Shown piece by piece: positions 18,618 through 29,100 of a stretch of DNA of 64,000 nucleotides. Position 1 is the first letter of the stretch; each line of letters starts with the position of its first letter. The notes beneath the pieces are model-generated. The model did no database searches. It saw nothing but the letters and a program-made list of their open reading frames with translations, and had not been told where the DNA came from. Source of the DNA: an uncultured virus (IMG/VR IMGVR_UViG_3300042520_002918) (taxonomy: Duplodnaviria > Heunggongvirae > Uroviricota > Caudoviricetes); IMG/VR virus record IMGVR_UViG_3300042520_002918. One strand, given 5' to 3'. A program made the translations under genes and the position numbers.

Positions 18618-18813
18618 TGATGACGAAAGAGACGAGTTCAATCGTCAGTTTGATTTGATGATTGAGAACGGACTCATTGAAGTCATCGGCATAAACGAGC
18701 GCGGAGAATGGCTGTATCAGGCAACTGAAAAAGGCAAAAATCTCTATCAGGCGGTCATGGATGCTGGACTATTGGACCAGTTTGATTGGTTTGCGGATGG
18801 AGGGGAAGAGTAA
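18607..18813 (+). CDS. Small hypothetical protein (winged-helix-like)
   Basis: GGAG SD before ATG 18607; MIENGLIE...YQATEKG. Confidence 0.6.
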   Translation: MSLSDDERDEFNRQFDLMIENGLIEVIGINERGEWLYQATEKGKNLYQAVMDAGLLDQFDWFADGGEE

Positions 18814-19119
18814 ATGTCAGCCAGCACACCAAACAATTTTGAGGATGACGGAGACCTAAAGTTTTCGGTAATTACGATTTCGGTCTCTCAAGACGACCTG
18901 AATGAGCCAATCCACGTAGACCTTGGGTCAATCCCCCCATTTGTGGCTTCATCGGTGCTCGAAAAGGTGGTTTCAATACTCAAAATGGCTGTTCCAGCCC
19001 CGAAAGTCACCTTTAAGGGCATGGTTATAGCAGAGCCATTTATCCCTACGGTTATCGACTTTGACTCCTTCGTTGAAGACCTGTTCAACGAAGACGGAGA
19101 CGACGAAGAAGAAAAGTAG
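18814..19119 (+). CDS. Acidic hypothetical protein
   Basis: 101-aa ORF directly following the upstream stop. Confidence 0.65.
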   Translation: MSASTPNNFEDDGDLKFSVITISVSQDDLNEPIHVDLGSIPPFVASSVLEKVVSILKMAVPAPKVTFKGMVIAEPFIPTVIDFDSFVEDLFNEDGDDEEEK

Positions 19120-19127
19120 TTGCCTGC

Positions 19128-19158
19128 TTGACAGGATGACAATGCTCTAGCATACTAT
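19128..19158 (+). promoter_or_regulatory. Sigma70-type promoter for the major capsid gene
   Basis: TTGACA (19128-33)-17 nt-CATACT, overlapping TACTAT; SD AAAAGGAG before ATG 19221. Confidence 0.65.
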
Positions 19159-19220
19159 GTCATAACGAGGTGCTTACCTTGTGTCCTATAAGTACAAACA
19201 CTCTAAAAGGAGTACCTACT

Positions 19221-20492
19221 ATGGCTTACGATAGCCGTCTTAAGGAACTTAAGGGTGCACTCAAGGATGTCCTCGCGCAGAACGACGCAATCGTCGACCA
19301 TGTCGAGGCCAATCGCGAAGAGGGCGGCCCAGAAGTTCAAGTTGAAGCAAAGCATGTCGAGGCGTTCCGTTCGGGACTTGCCAAGGCTCGCGAAATCCGT
19401 TCAGAAATTGAAGCCCTTGAGGGCCTTCAGGAAGTCAAGGCTTGGGCTGCTGGTTCGCAGCCTGCAGTCGCGGCAGCCCCGAAGACTCTCTACGTCCCTG
19501 GTGACGAGCGCAAGTCGCTCGGCCAGCGCTTCGTTGATTCTGACGAGTTCAAGAGCATGGGCAATGGCCGCAATGGTTTCACCATGCATGCTCCGTACCA
19601 GGTGAAGGACATCTTCACTGCACTGCCGTCGGGAACCCCCGGTGACTTCGGCAACCCGCAGCGAGATGGCATCGTTGAGCGCGCCAAGCGCGTGATGCGA
19701 GTCCGTGACCTGTTCCCGGTACAGCAGACAAACACGAACATGATTGAGTTCTTCCGCGTCAGCGGTTTCACGAACAATGCGTCGACAGTCGCAGAGCGCT
19801 CGGGTTCGCCCGCAGTGTTTGCAACCAAGCCGCAGTCTTCGATGACCGTTGTTGGCGTGCAGGCTCCGGTTCGCACGATTGCCCACTACGAGGTTGCCCA
19901 CCGCAACGTTCTTGATGACGAGCCCACACTCCGTGGCATCATCGACAACGAATTGCTCTACGGCCTCCGCCTCGTCGAGGACGACCAGATTTTGAACGGT
20001 GACGGAACAGGCTCGAACCTGACCGGTATCCGTGAGACATCGGGCATCCAGACTCATGCGTGGAGCGCAGGCGCCACTGGTGACACACGAATCGATGCGA
20101 TTCGCCGTGGTATCACCAAGGCCTTGCTCGCCTACTACGAGCCAACGGGCATCATCGTTCACCCGAACGACATGGAAGACCTCGAACTGACCAAGGATGG
20201 CGAGAGCCGTCACCTGATGGTCATGTCGGTGTCGATGGGTGCTGAAGCCCGCCTGTGGCGTCTGCCAATGGTTGCCACTCCGGCCATCACCGAGGGCTAC
20301 GCTCTCGTCGGTGCGTTCGGTATCGGCGCCACGCTGTACGACCGCATGGAAGGCAACATCCGCGTTGCTGAGCAGCACAGCGACTTCTTCATCCGGAACG
20401 CCGTGGCGATTCTGGCCGAAGAGCGCCTTGCCCTCGCGGTGAAGCGCCCAGAGTCGTTTGTCGAAGTTGAATTCGACGGCGCACCTGAGTGA
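19221..20492 (+). CDS. Major capsid protein, HK97 fold
   Basis: N-terminal coiled-coil delta domain; VRDLF, VRTIAH, EDDQILNGDGTG.NLTGI, RLWRLPMV, FIRNAVAILAEERLALAVKRPESF; strongly biased codon usage. Confidence 0.96.
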   Translation: MAYDSRLKELKGALKDVLAQNDAIVDHVEANREEGGPEVQVEAKHVEAFRSGLAKAREIRSEIEALEGLQEVKAWAAGSQPAVAAAPKTLYVPGDERKSLGQRFVDSDEFKSMGNGRNGFTMHAPYQVKDIFTALPSGTPGDFGNPQRDGIVERAKRVMRVRDLFPVQQTNTNMIEFFRVSGFTNNASTVAERSGSPAVFATKPQSSMTVVGVQAPVRTIAHYEVAHRNVLDDEPTLRGIIDNELLYGLRLVEDDQILNGDGTGSNLTGIRETSGIQTHAWSAGATGDTRIDAIRRGITKALLAYYEPTGIIVHPNDMEDLELTKDGESRHLMVMSVSMGAEARLWRLPMVATPAITEGYALVGAFGIGATLYDRMEGNIRVAEQHSDFFIRNAVAILAEERLALAVKRPESFVEVEFDGAPE

Positions 20493-20514
20493 TTAGCCTA
20501 ACGGCTTAGTCGTT

Positions 20515-20563
20515 GCCCCCGCCCGAGTCCAGCAATGGACAAAGGCGGGGGCTTCGGCTTTTA
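20515..20563 (+). terminator. Intrinsic terminator after the capsid gene
   Basis: GCCCCCGCC...GGCGGGGGC stem with inner GTCCA-GCAA-TGGAC, followed by TTCGGCTTTT. Confidence 0.75.
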
Positions 20564-20570
20564 TGGACAT

Positions 20571-21101
20571 ATGGCATTAGATAAAGATTTCAATTTTAGA
20601 TTTGTTGGATATCACGACACGTCTTCAATAGCAAACACAGTCAATTCACTCTCTCCATCATCGTGGGAAGCATTTACCTATAGGCAGGACAACATCATTG
20701 GCCATCGTGACACATTGACGATTCCAATCTTGTTCAATGAACTTCCACAAGCAAGAAAAATAGCCCCGCGGTTCTATGACTCATTTGCAAATCATCTAAA
20801 AGAAATAGAAAATTATTTATCTAGCATTGGACAGCACAGCAATATTCGCAGAGCAAATCTTGTGCTTCTAAAAGCGGGCAAATCAATCGGCAGACATAAG
20901 GATGCAACAGAATTATTGCAAGTAACAAGACGATTTCACCTCCCGGTAACGACAGACCAAAAGTGCACGTTCGAAGTAGATGGCGAAGAGATGCATATCC
21001 CCATGGGCGAGATTTGGGAAATAAACAACACTGGGAAACTTCACAGCGTGCAAAATGGCTCAAAAATAGACCGTGTGCATTTGATTATTGATGCCTGCTA
21101 G
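20571..21101 (+). CDS. Aspartyl/asparaginyl beta-hydroxylase-family Fe(II)/2OG dioxygenase
   Basis: IGRHKD (HxD), RFHLPV, GEIWEINN...LHSVQN....RVHLIID. Confidence 0.85.
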   Translation: MALDKDFNFRFVGYHDTSSIANTVNSLSPSSWEAFTYRQDNIIGHRDTLTIPILFNELPQARKIAPRFYDSFANHLKEIENYLSSIGQHSNIRRANLVLLKAGKSIGRHKDATELLQVTRRFHLPVTTDQKCTFEVDGEEMHIPMGEIWEINNTGKLHSVQNGSKIDRVHLIIDAC

Positions 21102-21110
21102 AGTGTTGGC

Positions 21111-21269
21111 ATGACACACGTAATTTCCCCACGCGATATCTTCGAGACACGCAACGGCGTTGCCGTCCGAGTCCACAGTAAAGGCGACAGGCTTACGATT
21201 GATGAGGCCAAGAAGTACAAAGTGCTTCCAATCGCTGTTTCTTCTTTCGCAAATATCGAAACAAAGTAA
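21111..21269 (+). CDS. 52-aa hypothetical protein (not in ORF track)
   Basis: MTHVISPRDIFETRNGVAVRVHSKGDRLTIDEAKKYKVLPIAVSSFANIETK*; leaderless promoter TGcTAGAGT-6 nt-ATG. Confidence 0.7.
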   Translation: MTHVISPRDIFETRNGVAVRVHSKGDRLTIDEAKKYKVLPIAVSSFANIETK

Positions 21270-21273
21270 CGCC

Positions 21274-21672
21274 GTGCAAGAGCCGGACGACGAAGAGTCG
21301 CTGGACCTGGACTTCTCTGGGGCGTGGTCGCACCCACACGCCTATGCCCTCATCAAGGCGGCAATCTTCAAGATTTTCATGGAGAGGGATGACTTCAACC
21401 CGGAGAACCCTTACGAAAGCCTGATTGGTCGCGTTGCCACTACTGGGATGATTCGTAGCGCCTACGACCTAGATAAGCGCATTGAAGTTCGGTACGGCTG
21501 GGAACTGCTTGACGATAACAACATCATCATGCACTCATGTTTTGGGTATGTCGACAAGGTGGATGTGCGCATTAACGCAGAGGATATGGGCTTCATGCTG
21601 GACCTCGGAGATGGCGATTACGGGGTATTCGCATACAAGAACATATTCTGGGTATGCGAAGCAGAAGAGTAG
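21274..21672 (+). CDS. Hypothetical protein
   Basis: GTG 21274 is in frame with track ORF 21160-21672 and avoids overlap with the 52-aa gene. Confidence 0.65.
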   Translation: MQEPDDEESLDLDFSGAWSHPHAYALIKAAIFKIFMERDDFNPENPYESLIGRVATTGMIRSAYDLDKRIEVRYGWELLDDNNIIMHSCFGYVDKVDVRINAEDMGFMLDLGDGDYGVFAYKNIFWVCEAEE

Positions 21673-21713
21673 CCAAATAAAATAATTTTGACGTCTGGTG
21701 TATTATCGGCTTT

Positions 21714-22274
21714 ATGGCCATTCTCACCTATGACGACCTCGAAATATTCATGGGGAAGACATTCACGGCAGCCCAACAAGACGCCGCCATGTCGATTCTT
21801 GCATCTCTTGAGGCTGAACTTGAATACTTTTTGAACCGCCCTCTCGGCGCCAGGCTCTATTCAGAAGAAGAGCACAAGTTGGTCCCCGGACAGCGCCAGA
21901 TATTCCTGCGCCATGCTCCAGTCCAGAGTGTCACATCTTTTTATGTTGGAATGCCAGGAGAAGAAGAAGAGCAAAATATTGCCGACTTTGACATTTTCCC
22001 TTGGGGTATTGACAACATCCGAATTGCTGGAACAGGCAATCAAGCACTTGTCACCTACACCGCAGGAATGACCTCTAGCGACACTGTCGCACTTGAGCGC
22101 GTGCTCTACACAGCAGCAACACGCGAAATGAGTAAGTTCCTCATCGACGCTCAGGGTCTTGCAAGGCTCAATGTTGAGGGAACTGATTACATTTTTCCCG
22201 ACGGTGGGGAAGGCGGATTTACCGAGCGTGAACTTAACTCCGTAAAGAGATTTAAGCGAAGGGTGATTGTGTGA
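21714..22274 (+). CDS. Head-tail connector (adaptor) protein
   Basis: Position after capsid; LEYFLNRPL, LRHAPVQSV, VTYTAG. Confidence 0.8.
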   Translation: MAILTYDDLEIFMGKTFTAAQQDAAMSILASLEAELEYFLNRPLGARLYSEEEHKLVPGQRQIFLRHAPVQSVTSFYVGMPGEEEEQNIADFDIFPWGIDNIRIAGTGNQALVTYTAGMTSSDTVALERVLYTAATREMSKFLIDAQGLARLNVEGTDYIFPDGGEGGFTERELNSVKRFKRRVIV

Positions 22275-22275
22275 T

Positions 22276-22608
22276 ATGCGAGGTGCCTACACGCCGATAG
22301 TAATCCGAAACATGATTGCTGGTTATGCAAATGAATCAGAAGGAATCTGGAGCAATACAGGTTCCGATACAACAGTTTACGGTTCAATCCATCAAAAAGC
22401 ATCCGAGGAAGTGATGGAGAACACTGTTGGTCAAATAAGTGAAGAGCGCAACATTGTTTGCCGACTTCCACTTAGCGCAAGCGTGACCTATGGTGACCAA
22501 GTTGTTATTAATAATTTTCATCAAGTTGTGAATGGCGTTTACGAAATAGATTCTTTGCTGTTTACGAAAACACACATTCGCGCAGAATGCAGAAGGACAA
22601 TGCGATAA
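22276..22608 (+). CDS. Head closure/stopper-like protein
   Basis: Size, position and beta-rich pattern (GDQVVI...YEI). Confidence 0.65.
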   Translation: MRGAYTPIVIRNMIAGYANESEGIWSNTGSDTTVYGSIHQKASEEVMENTVGQISEERNIVCRLPLSASVTYGDQVVINNFHQVVNGVYEIDSLLFTKTHIRAECRRTMR

Positions 22609-23120
22609 TGGCTTCCAAATTGACACCAACGCAAAAACTTTACAAAATCCTGGATTCATTAGAGCCACAAGTCAAGAGCATTATTTTGGCCGGCGTATAT
22701 CAGATGCGTAAAGCAGCAGAAGATTTGTCTGTAATTGGCTTTAACGAGACAACCCGCTTTATTCTCCAAAAAGGTAGTTACAGACCGTATTTTAAGAACG
22801 GAAAGAAAAGAATGTCTTCTGCTCCAGGTGAACCACCGGCAGCAATGCGCGGTGAAACGCTTGAGCCAAGTATCTACAACAAGGTGGTTAGTGGGCCAAA
22901 TCAAAATCCGGCAATTGCAGAGTTTGGCAGCAATGCATCATTTGCAAAAGATTTGGAATTCGGCACAACAACGACACAGCCACGACCATTCATTAGGCCA
23001 GCAAAAGATAAAGTAGCGGCTGTTGCCGCGTCAAATGTTGCCCGCCACCTAAAGATTGCTTATTCCCGCAAGACCCGCTCCCTTAAGGGTTCGGTGTTCA
23101 CCCTTGATTTGGAGATGTGA
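22608..23120 (+). CDS. HK97 gp10-like neck/tail completion protein
   Basis: SAPGEPPA...L..SI...A..LEFGT...PRPFIRPA. Confidence 0.85.
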   Translation: MASKLTPTQKLYKILDSLEPQVKSIILAGVYQMRKAAEDLSVIGFNETTRFILQKGSYRPYFKNGKKRMSSAPGEPPAAMRGETLEPSIYNKVVSGPNQNPAIAEFGSNASFAKDLEFGTTTTQPRPFIRPAKDKVAAVAASNVARHLKIAYSRKTRSLKGSVFTLDLEM

Positions 23121-23509
23121 TGGCTTCCATCGGCGGCGCTATCCGGACCGTGCTGGTCAATGATTCGATAACAAGCGTTGGTTCGCGTATTTATAGAGAT
23201 ATCGCTCCACCGGAAACTGCATATCCATATATCACAATCTTTGACGAACTTGGGAATACCCCGGCACTGATTGGAGACCAGGTTGTACTGGCAAGGACAC
23301 GGCTCGTTCAGGTCAGCCTGTGGCAGTTGCGCCAATCAGAAAACACAGCAATTATTGACGAGGTTGTTGCTGCGCTAGACAATGCAAATTTGAGCGCAAA
23401 CAAGTTTGTTTACAGGGTTCGTGTCGCAGACATACAAAGAGCCTTCGACTCCGAGGATGATACTATTTTACACGCAGTAACCCTCAACGTCATACAAAAG
23501 GCGCAGTAA
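23120..23509 (+). CDS. Tail terminator (DUF3168-like)
   Basis: VGSRIY...AP....YPYI...VQVSLW. Confidence 0.8.
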   Translation: MASIGGAIRTVLVNDSITSVGSRIYRDIAPPETAYPYITIFDELGNTPALIGDQVVLARTRLVQVSLWQLRQSENTAIIDEVVAALDNANLSANKFVYRVRVADIQRAFDSEDDTILHAVTLNVIQKAQ

Positions 23510-24186
23510 TGGCATTTACACCAATCACCGTTACGGGAACGTATGTTGAGACAGGAACTGGCAACCCGCAGTCCGGTCGCGTCACGTTCCTCCTTACTGC
23601 ACCAATGCGTCAACCTCAATTCAATCTCACAGTTGCTCCATCTTTGGTTACCGCGACACTCAGTGCATCTGGCTCTTTTTCGGTTGTCTTGTACGCGACC
23701 AACGACACCGCAACAGAACCCCTTGGCGTTACCTATGAAGTGACAGAGCGAATTTCTGGATGCGCACTAAATAAATACTTTATCGAGATTGACAAGGACG
23801 CGATTCTTGGTGCTGTTGACTTGGCGGACCTTGCCCCAAATATTGCTCCAGTCGTGCAGGAGAACTATGCGACTGTTGAGTATGTCAATGACGCTTTTTC
23901 GGATGCTGGTTCAGCAGAGAACATCATTTTTGTTCCGACATCAGAAATCACCTCTGTCAATGTTCAGGACGCAATAGAGGAATTAAGAACCCGTTCTAGG
24001 TATGTACACGACCAACCAACTGCATCGAATACATGGAATATCACGCACAATATGAAGTTTTACCCAAATGTCAGCATTGTTGATAGCGCCCTCAGCAAAG
24101 TTGTGGGGGAGGTCACGTATGTGTCGGAAAATGCCCTAACGGTGACCTTCTCACACTCTTTCGCTGGAAAGGCGTATCTTTCATAG
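23509..24186 (+). CDS. Virion structural/fibre-associated protein
   Basis: N-terminal beta domain; NVQDAIEEL; C-terminal H.Q..AS.TW.ITHN...YPNVSIVD...FAGKAYLS module. Confidence 0.7.
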   Translation: MAFTPITVTGTYVETGTGNPQSGRVTFLLTAPMRQPQFNLTVAPSLVTATLSASGSFSVVLYATNDTATEPLGVTYEVTERISGCALNKYFIEIDKDAILGAVDLADLAPNIAPVVQENYATVEYVNDAFSDAGSAENIIFVPTSEITSVNVQDAIEELRTRSRYVHDQPTASNTWNITHNMKFYPNVSIVDSALSKVVGEVTYVSENALTVTFSHSFAGKAYLS

Positions 24187-24209
24187 GAGAACTCTGGAGG
24201 TAGACCCAC

Positions 24210-25670
24210 ATGAAATTCGTAACAAACTTAAATCTTAATCAGAACGAACTCCAGAACGGAAAGTTCCAGGTCGTTGCTTCTGACCCGAGCACTGGGAACT
24301 TTGAGGGTCGCCTCATTTACAACTCGACCGAGAAGACGGTCAAATATTTTGATGGTACAAGTTGGAAGAAAGCGATTATCGCTGTTCAAACAGCCGGCAG
24401 CGCTTCTGCAGCACTCACAATCAACGAGTCCAATGGAACAATTTCTATTGAGCCGAATCTTGCCACAACATCTAACCCTGGCGTCATGTCCACATCGGAC
24501 AAGTCATTGCTTGATAATGCAAGTTCATCTGATGGCGTAAATACTCTTGTCAAGCGCAATGGTGATGGTAGGTTCCAAGTTGCCGAACCAGTCAACGCAC
24601 TGGATGCTGCCAACAAGGCGTATGTTGATGCAGCACGCAGTGGTCTTGACGTTAAGGAATCAGTACATGTTGCAACGACTGGCCCGGTCAATCTTGCGAG
24701 CGACCTCAATACCGGCGACACAATTGATAGCCACGTACTTGAAACTGGCGACCGAGTTCTCGTCAAGGACCAGGTAACTGCTTCTGAAAACGGCATTTAT
24801 GTTGTGTCCGCATCTGGAACCGCTCAGCGCGCAACCGATGCTGATACAAGTGCTGAAGTTACCTCTGGCATGTTCACGTTCGTCACGAACGGAACTACAT
24901 ACGGTGACACTGGTTGGGTTCTTACTACAAACAACCCGATTACTCTTGGCACAACCCCGCTCACATTTGCTCAGTTCTCGGGAACTGGTCAGATTACCGC
25001 TGGTGAAGCCCTTGAGAAAGTCGGCTCAACACTCAACGTTCTTGTCGACGGTGTTGGCATCCATATCGTCAACGATGAACTCAGCATTGCTGATGGCGCT
25101 GCTGGCGCAGGTCTTTCCGCTTCCGCTGGTGTTCTCAGCGTAGCCCTGCATGGCACTGGCGGCCTTGAGATTGATGGGGATGAAGTCCAAATCAAACTTG
25201 ATGGTGCGGTAAATGGTCTTACTACAACAGGTGATGGACTTGCCCTTAACTCGAACATCGCAGGAACTGGCATTACATTCACGGCCGGAACACTGTCTGT
25301 CGATGCAGTTAGCCTTTCTTCCGCATCTGGTGGTGGCGTAACTGGTGTCCTACCGATTGCAAATGGCGGTACTAACGCCAGCGACGAGGCAACAGCCCGC
25401 CAGAACCTTGCTTACACAAGCCCGACTGGCGCAAATACCAGCACGCCGGTCTTGGCCCGAGTTGCTAACAAGGTTGTCGGCGACGGTGCAAATACATCGT
25501 TTGCCGTAACTCACAACTTCGGCACACGTGCAGTTGTTGTGCAGGTTTATGATTCCTCCAGTTATGACACCGTCATTGCAGACGTAGTGCGGACGACCAC
25601 GGACACCGTTACGGTTTCCTTCTCGGTCGCCCCTTCTTCGAACGCATATACAGTCGTCGTCACTGGTTAG
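24210..25670 (+). CDS. Fibre-like structural protein
   Basis: DAANKAYVD, GLDVKESV..AT, GDRVLVKDQ....NGIY, GTTPLTFAQFSG, GxGL repeats, VTGVLPIANGGT. Confidence 0.8.
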   Translation: MKFVTNLNLNQNELQNGKFQVVASDPSTGNFEGRLIYNSTEKTVKYFDGTSWKKAIIAVQTAGSASAALTINESNGTISIEPNLATTSNPGVMSTSDKSLLDNASSSDGVNTLVKRNGDGRFQVAEPVNALDAANKAYVDAARSGLDVKESVHVATTGPVNLASDLNTGDTIDSHVLETGDRVLVKDQVTASENGIYVVSASGTAQRATDADTSAEVTSGMFTFVTNGTTYGDTGWVLTTNNPITLGTTPLTFAQFSGTGQITAGEALEKVGSTLNVLVDGVGIHIVNDELSIADGAAGAGLSASAGVLSVALHGTGGLEIDGDEVQIKLDGAVNGLTTTGDGLALNSNIAGTGITFTAGTLSVDAVSLSSASGGGVTGVLPIANGGTNASDEATARQNLAYTSPTGANTSTPVLARVANKVVGDGANTSFAVTHNFGTRAVVVQVYDSSSYDTVIADVVRTTTDTVTVSFSVAPSSNAYTVVVTG

Positions 25671-25730
25671 TAATACCCATAGTGCCTTGCGGGGCACACA
25701 CAACCAGAAGGCAGTCGAGGCTGTATTCAT

Positions 25731-26186
25731 ATGACACGATTTGTTGGAACGCCCCTACGCGGCATTGAGTTTTCTAGTCCAAGCGACGAATCATTCTCTA
25801 CGCGCGTAAATCTTGATGCACATGCAAGAATTCGCATTGATGCTGGCGGTCGCCTTACGTGGTCTTCTGGTTCAGCGGCTGGAGATACCAACCTCTACCG
25901 CACAAGTGCAAACACCCTCTATACGGATGACGTATTTCAGGCCGCCCTTGGGCTCGTGACACTGACGACAAATGGGACGCCTACTTCGGAACTTCCTAAC
26001 GGAGCCATCGCAGTAGATACAACAAATAACAAGTTCTTTTTCCGCTCTAACTCAACATGGACTGAAGTAAGCGGCGGAGCAGGTTTGTTATCTGGAGACG
26101 TAGATGGTGGTATTATTTCTCCAGAAATATATGAAGCGGAAGTTACAAATTATGTAATCGTTGGCTTTGACGGAGGTGCGGTGTAA
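25731..26186 (+). CDS. Fibre-associated structural protein
   Basis: DTNLYR, NGAIAVDTTNNKFFFR; located between fibre genes. Confidence 0.65.
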   Translation: MTRFVGTPLRGIEFSSPSDESFSTRVNLDAHARIRIDAGGRLTWSSGSAAGDTNLYRTSANTLYTDDVFQAALGLVTLTTNGTPTSELPNGAIAVDTTNNKFFFRSNSTWTEVSGGAGLLSGDVDGGIISPEIYEAEVTNYVIVGFDGGAV

Positions 26187-29100
26187 TGGCTGGAGCAAGG
26201 ATTCAGGTCAAGCGCGGTACAGCCTCATCTTGGACAAGCAATAACCCTGTTCTTTACGCGGGTGAAATCGGTTTTGAAACCGACACGAAAAAAGTCAAAA
26301 TTGGCGACGGCACTACAGCATGGAATTCGCTTTCGTATACGGTTATCCCGATTTCCCTTAGTTCACTGAATGACCTTAGTGATGTAACCATCACCAGCGT
26401 CAGCGGTGGGGATTTTTTGCGTTACGACAGTTCCGCTTCCGTCTGGATTAACGACGCCGTAAACCTTTCAACCGACACCGTCGGCAACTACATGGTCGAT
26501 GTGGCTGGCGGCACTGGTGTCACCGTCACTCACACCCCAGGCGAAGGTTCAACTGCCTCTATTGCAATCGGGCAAGATGTGGGCACTTCCGCATCAGTTT
26601 CGTTTGGTCAACTTACGGTAAATGGTCAAACAAATATTGCCGGTCATGTAATTCCAAGCACAACAGAAGCATACGACCTTGGCTCTGCTTCGGCGCGATT
26701 CAGGGATATCTATTTGTCTGGCACAAGCATCAATCTTGGTGGGGCAGAAATCACGAGTGATGGAACATCAATCACTTTCTCTGGTGGCTTGACGGTTGAC
26801 TCGCTATCAGATATCGATTCCGTTCAGTTTGATACAACAGCGAGTGTGGCACCTGCTGCTGGAATGCTTACATGGGATTCTGTTGAGGGAACACTCAATC
26901 TTGGCTTGACAGCAGATAAACACATACATCTTGGAGAGGAATCGGTATTCCGTGTTCGCAACACAACTGGTTCGCAAATTCAAAAAGGCACTGCGCTTTA
27001 CGCTTCCGGGGTAGAGGAAGACGGAAAAGTTGAAGTATTTCCATATACTGCAGATGGAACTATCCGTGAAGAAAGTTTTATTGGACTTGCAACTGAATCA
27101 ATAACCAATGGCGGCAGTGGATTTGTTCAAACTTTTGGTTTTGTAAGAGGACTTGACACAAGAGGAAATTCTTCAACAGCAATCAGCGTTGGCGATGAAA
27201 CATGGGCTGTTGGAGACCTTCTCTATGTTCACCCAACAGTCGCTGGCAAACTGACAAACGTTGCTCCGCGTCATTCGGTTCTTGTTGCAACTCTAGTTGT
27301 CAGGAATGCATCAACTGGCGTTTTGCTTGTAAGGCCATCTGTAGGTGAGCACATTCAAGATTTGCATGATGTTCTTTTGACATCTCCAACAGACGGTCAA
27401 TTCCTGCGCTATAACAGCGCCTCAACCGTATGGGTAAACGACACAATCAACCTCGGGACTGACACCGTAGGAAACTATGTTTCAGATGTTGTCGCTGGCA
27501 CTGGTGTAACCGTTACACACACGCCGGCAGAGGGCTCAAGCCCAACAATCGCAATCGGTCAGTCTGTAGCAACTAGCGCATCGGTTACTTTCGCAAAACT
27601 TGACACAACTGGCGACATCACTGTTGGCGGAAACCTGACAGTAAACGGAACCACAACCACCCTAAACACAGAGACACTGGCGATTGAGGACAACATTGTT
27701 GTTCTGAATAGCAATGTCACTGGCTCACCAACAGAAAATGCTGGAATTGAAGTTGAGCGCGGAACTTCAGCAAATGTTCTAATTCGCTGGAACGAAACAA
27801 ACGACCAATGGGAGTTCACGAACGACGGCACCACATACGGTGACATCGCTGCACTTGGGGCTATTGAACTCGGAACAGACACGACTGGCAACTATGTCAA
27901 TGATTTGACCGCTGGAACGGGCGTTACTGTAACGCACACTCCTGGCGAAGGTTCTTCTCCAACGGTAGCAATCGGACAGGATGTCGGAACATCGTCATCT
28001 GTGACATTCGCGCACGTCTCTGCGCCAGTAACGGGGAACGTAACGGGTAATGTCACCGGAAATCTGACTGGAAATGCTGACACAGCAACCTCGCTGCAGA
28101 CTTCGCGCGCAATTTCTCTCTCGGGCGATTTGTCTGGCTCTGCATCCTTCAACGGAACTGCTGATGTCACGATTACCGCAACGGTTCAGCCAAACTCTGT
28201 AGCCCTCGGTACCGATACAACCGGCAATTACGTCAACGACATTGTTGCTGGCTCTGCTATCACGGTTACCCATACACCCGGTGAGGGCTCTAGCGCATCG
28301 GTTGCCCTGAATGCATCATTGAACGACCTCAACGATGTGGTTGTTGGGACACCAGAAGAATTCCAGGCCCTTGCCTACGACGGTTCTGGCTGGGTTCCGA
28401 CATACACACCGGTTGTCTCGTATGTCCGCAATGCGGAAGCAACGACACTTGCATCAGGCACAGTTGTATACCTCTTTGGTGGAAACGGCGACCATGCTTC
28501 GGTCAAGCGCGCCGATAATGCGCTGGAGACAACGTCTTCCAAGACTGTCGGCGTTATGGGTACGGCAGTTGCGTCGAACCAAAACGGTCCAGTCATCACA
28601 CGCGGATATGTCGATGGAATTAACCTTTCTGCCTACAGCGTCGGCGACATCCTGTGGCTTGGAACAAATGGTGGTGTCACCACCACTAAGCCTTCTGCTC
28701 CGCTGAACACAGTGTTCATCGGCGTTGTCGTTCGTGCAACAAACAACGGAATCATCTATGTTGCAGTTCAGAACGGATATGAACTGAATGAACTGCATGA
28801 TGTCAAGACCAACGGCAAGGTTGACAAAGATGTCTTGATGTGGAACAGCGCATCATCTGTCTGGATTAACGACCAAATTAACCTCGGCACCGACACCGTC
28901 GGCAACTACATGGTTGATGTGACCGCTGGAACAGGAATCACAATCAGCCACACTCCAAGCGAAGGCTCAACGGCGACAATATCCATTCCTCAAAGTGTTG
29001 CAACATCAGCATCGCCAACATTCGCTGTCCTTACACTCACTGGTCAGCCGACTGAAACAACCCACGCAGTTACAAAGTCGTACGCCGACTCAATAGCAGC

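Noticed and set aside
19401..20378. 325-aa minus-strand ORF opposite the capsid gene
   Set aside because: Shadow ORF expected from the strong codon bias of the capsid gene; no recognisable motifs.
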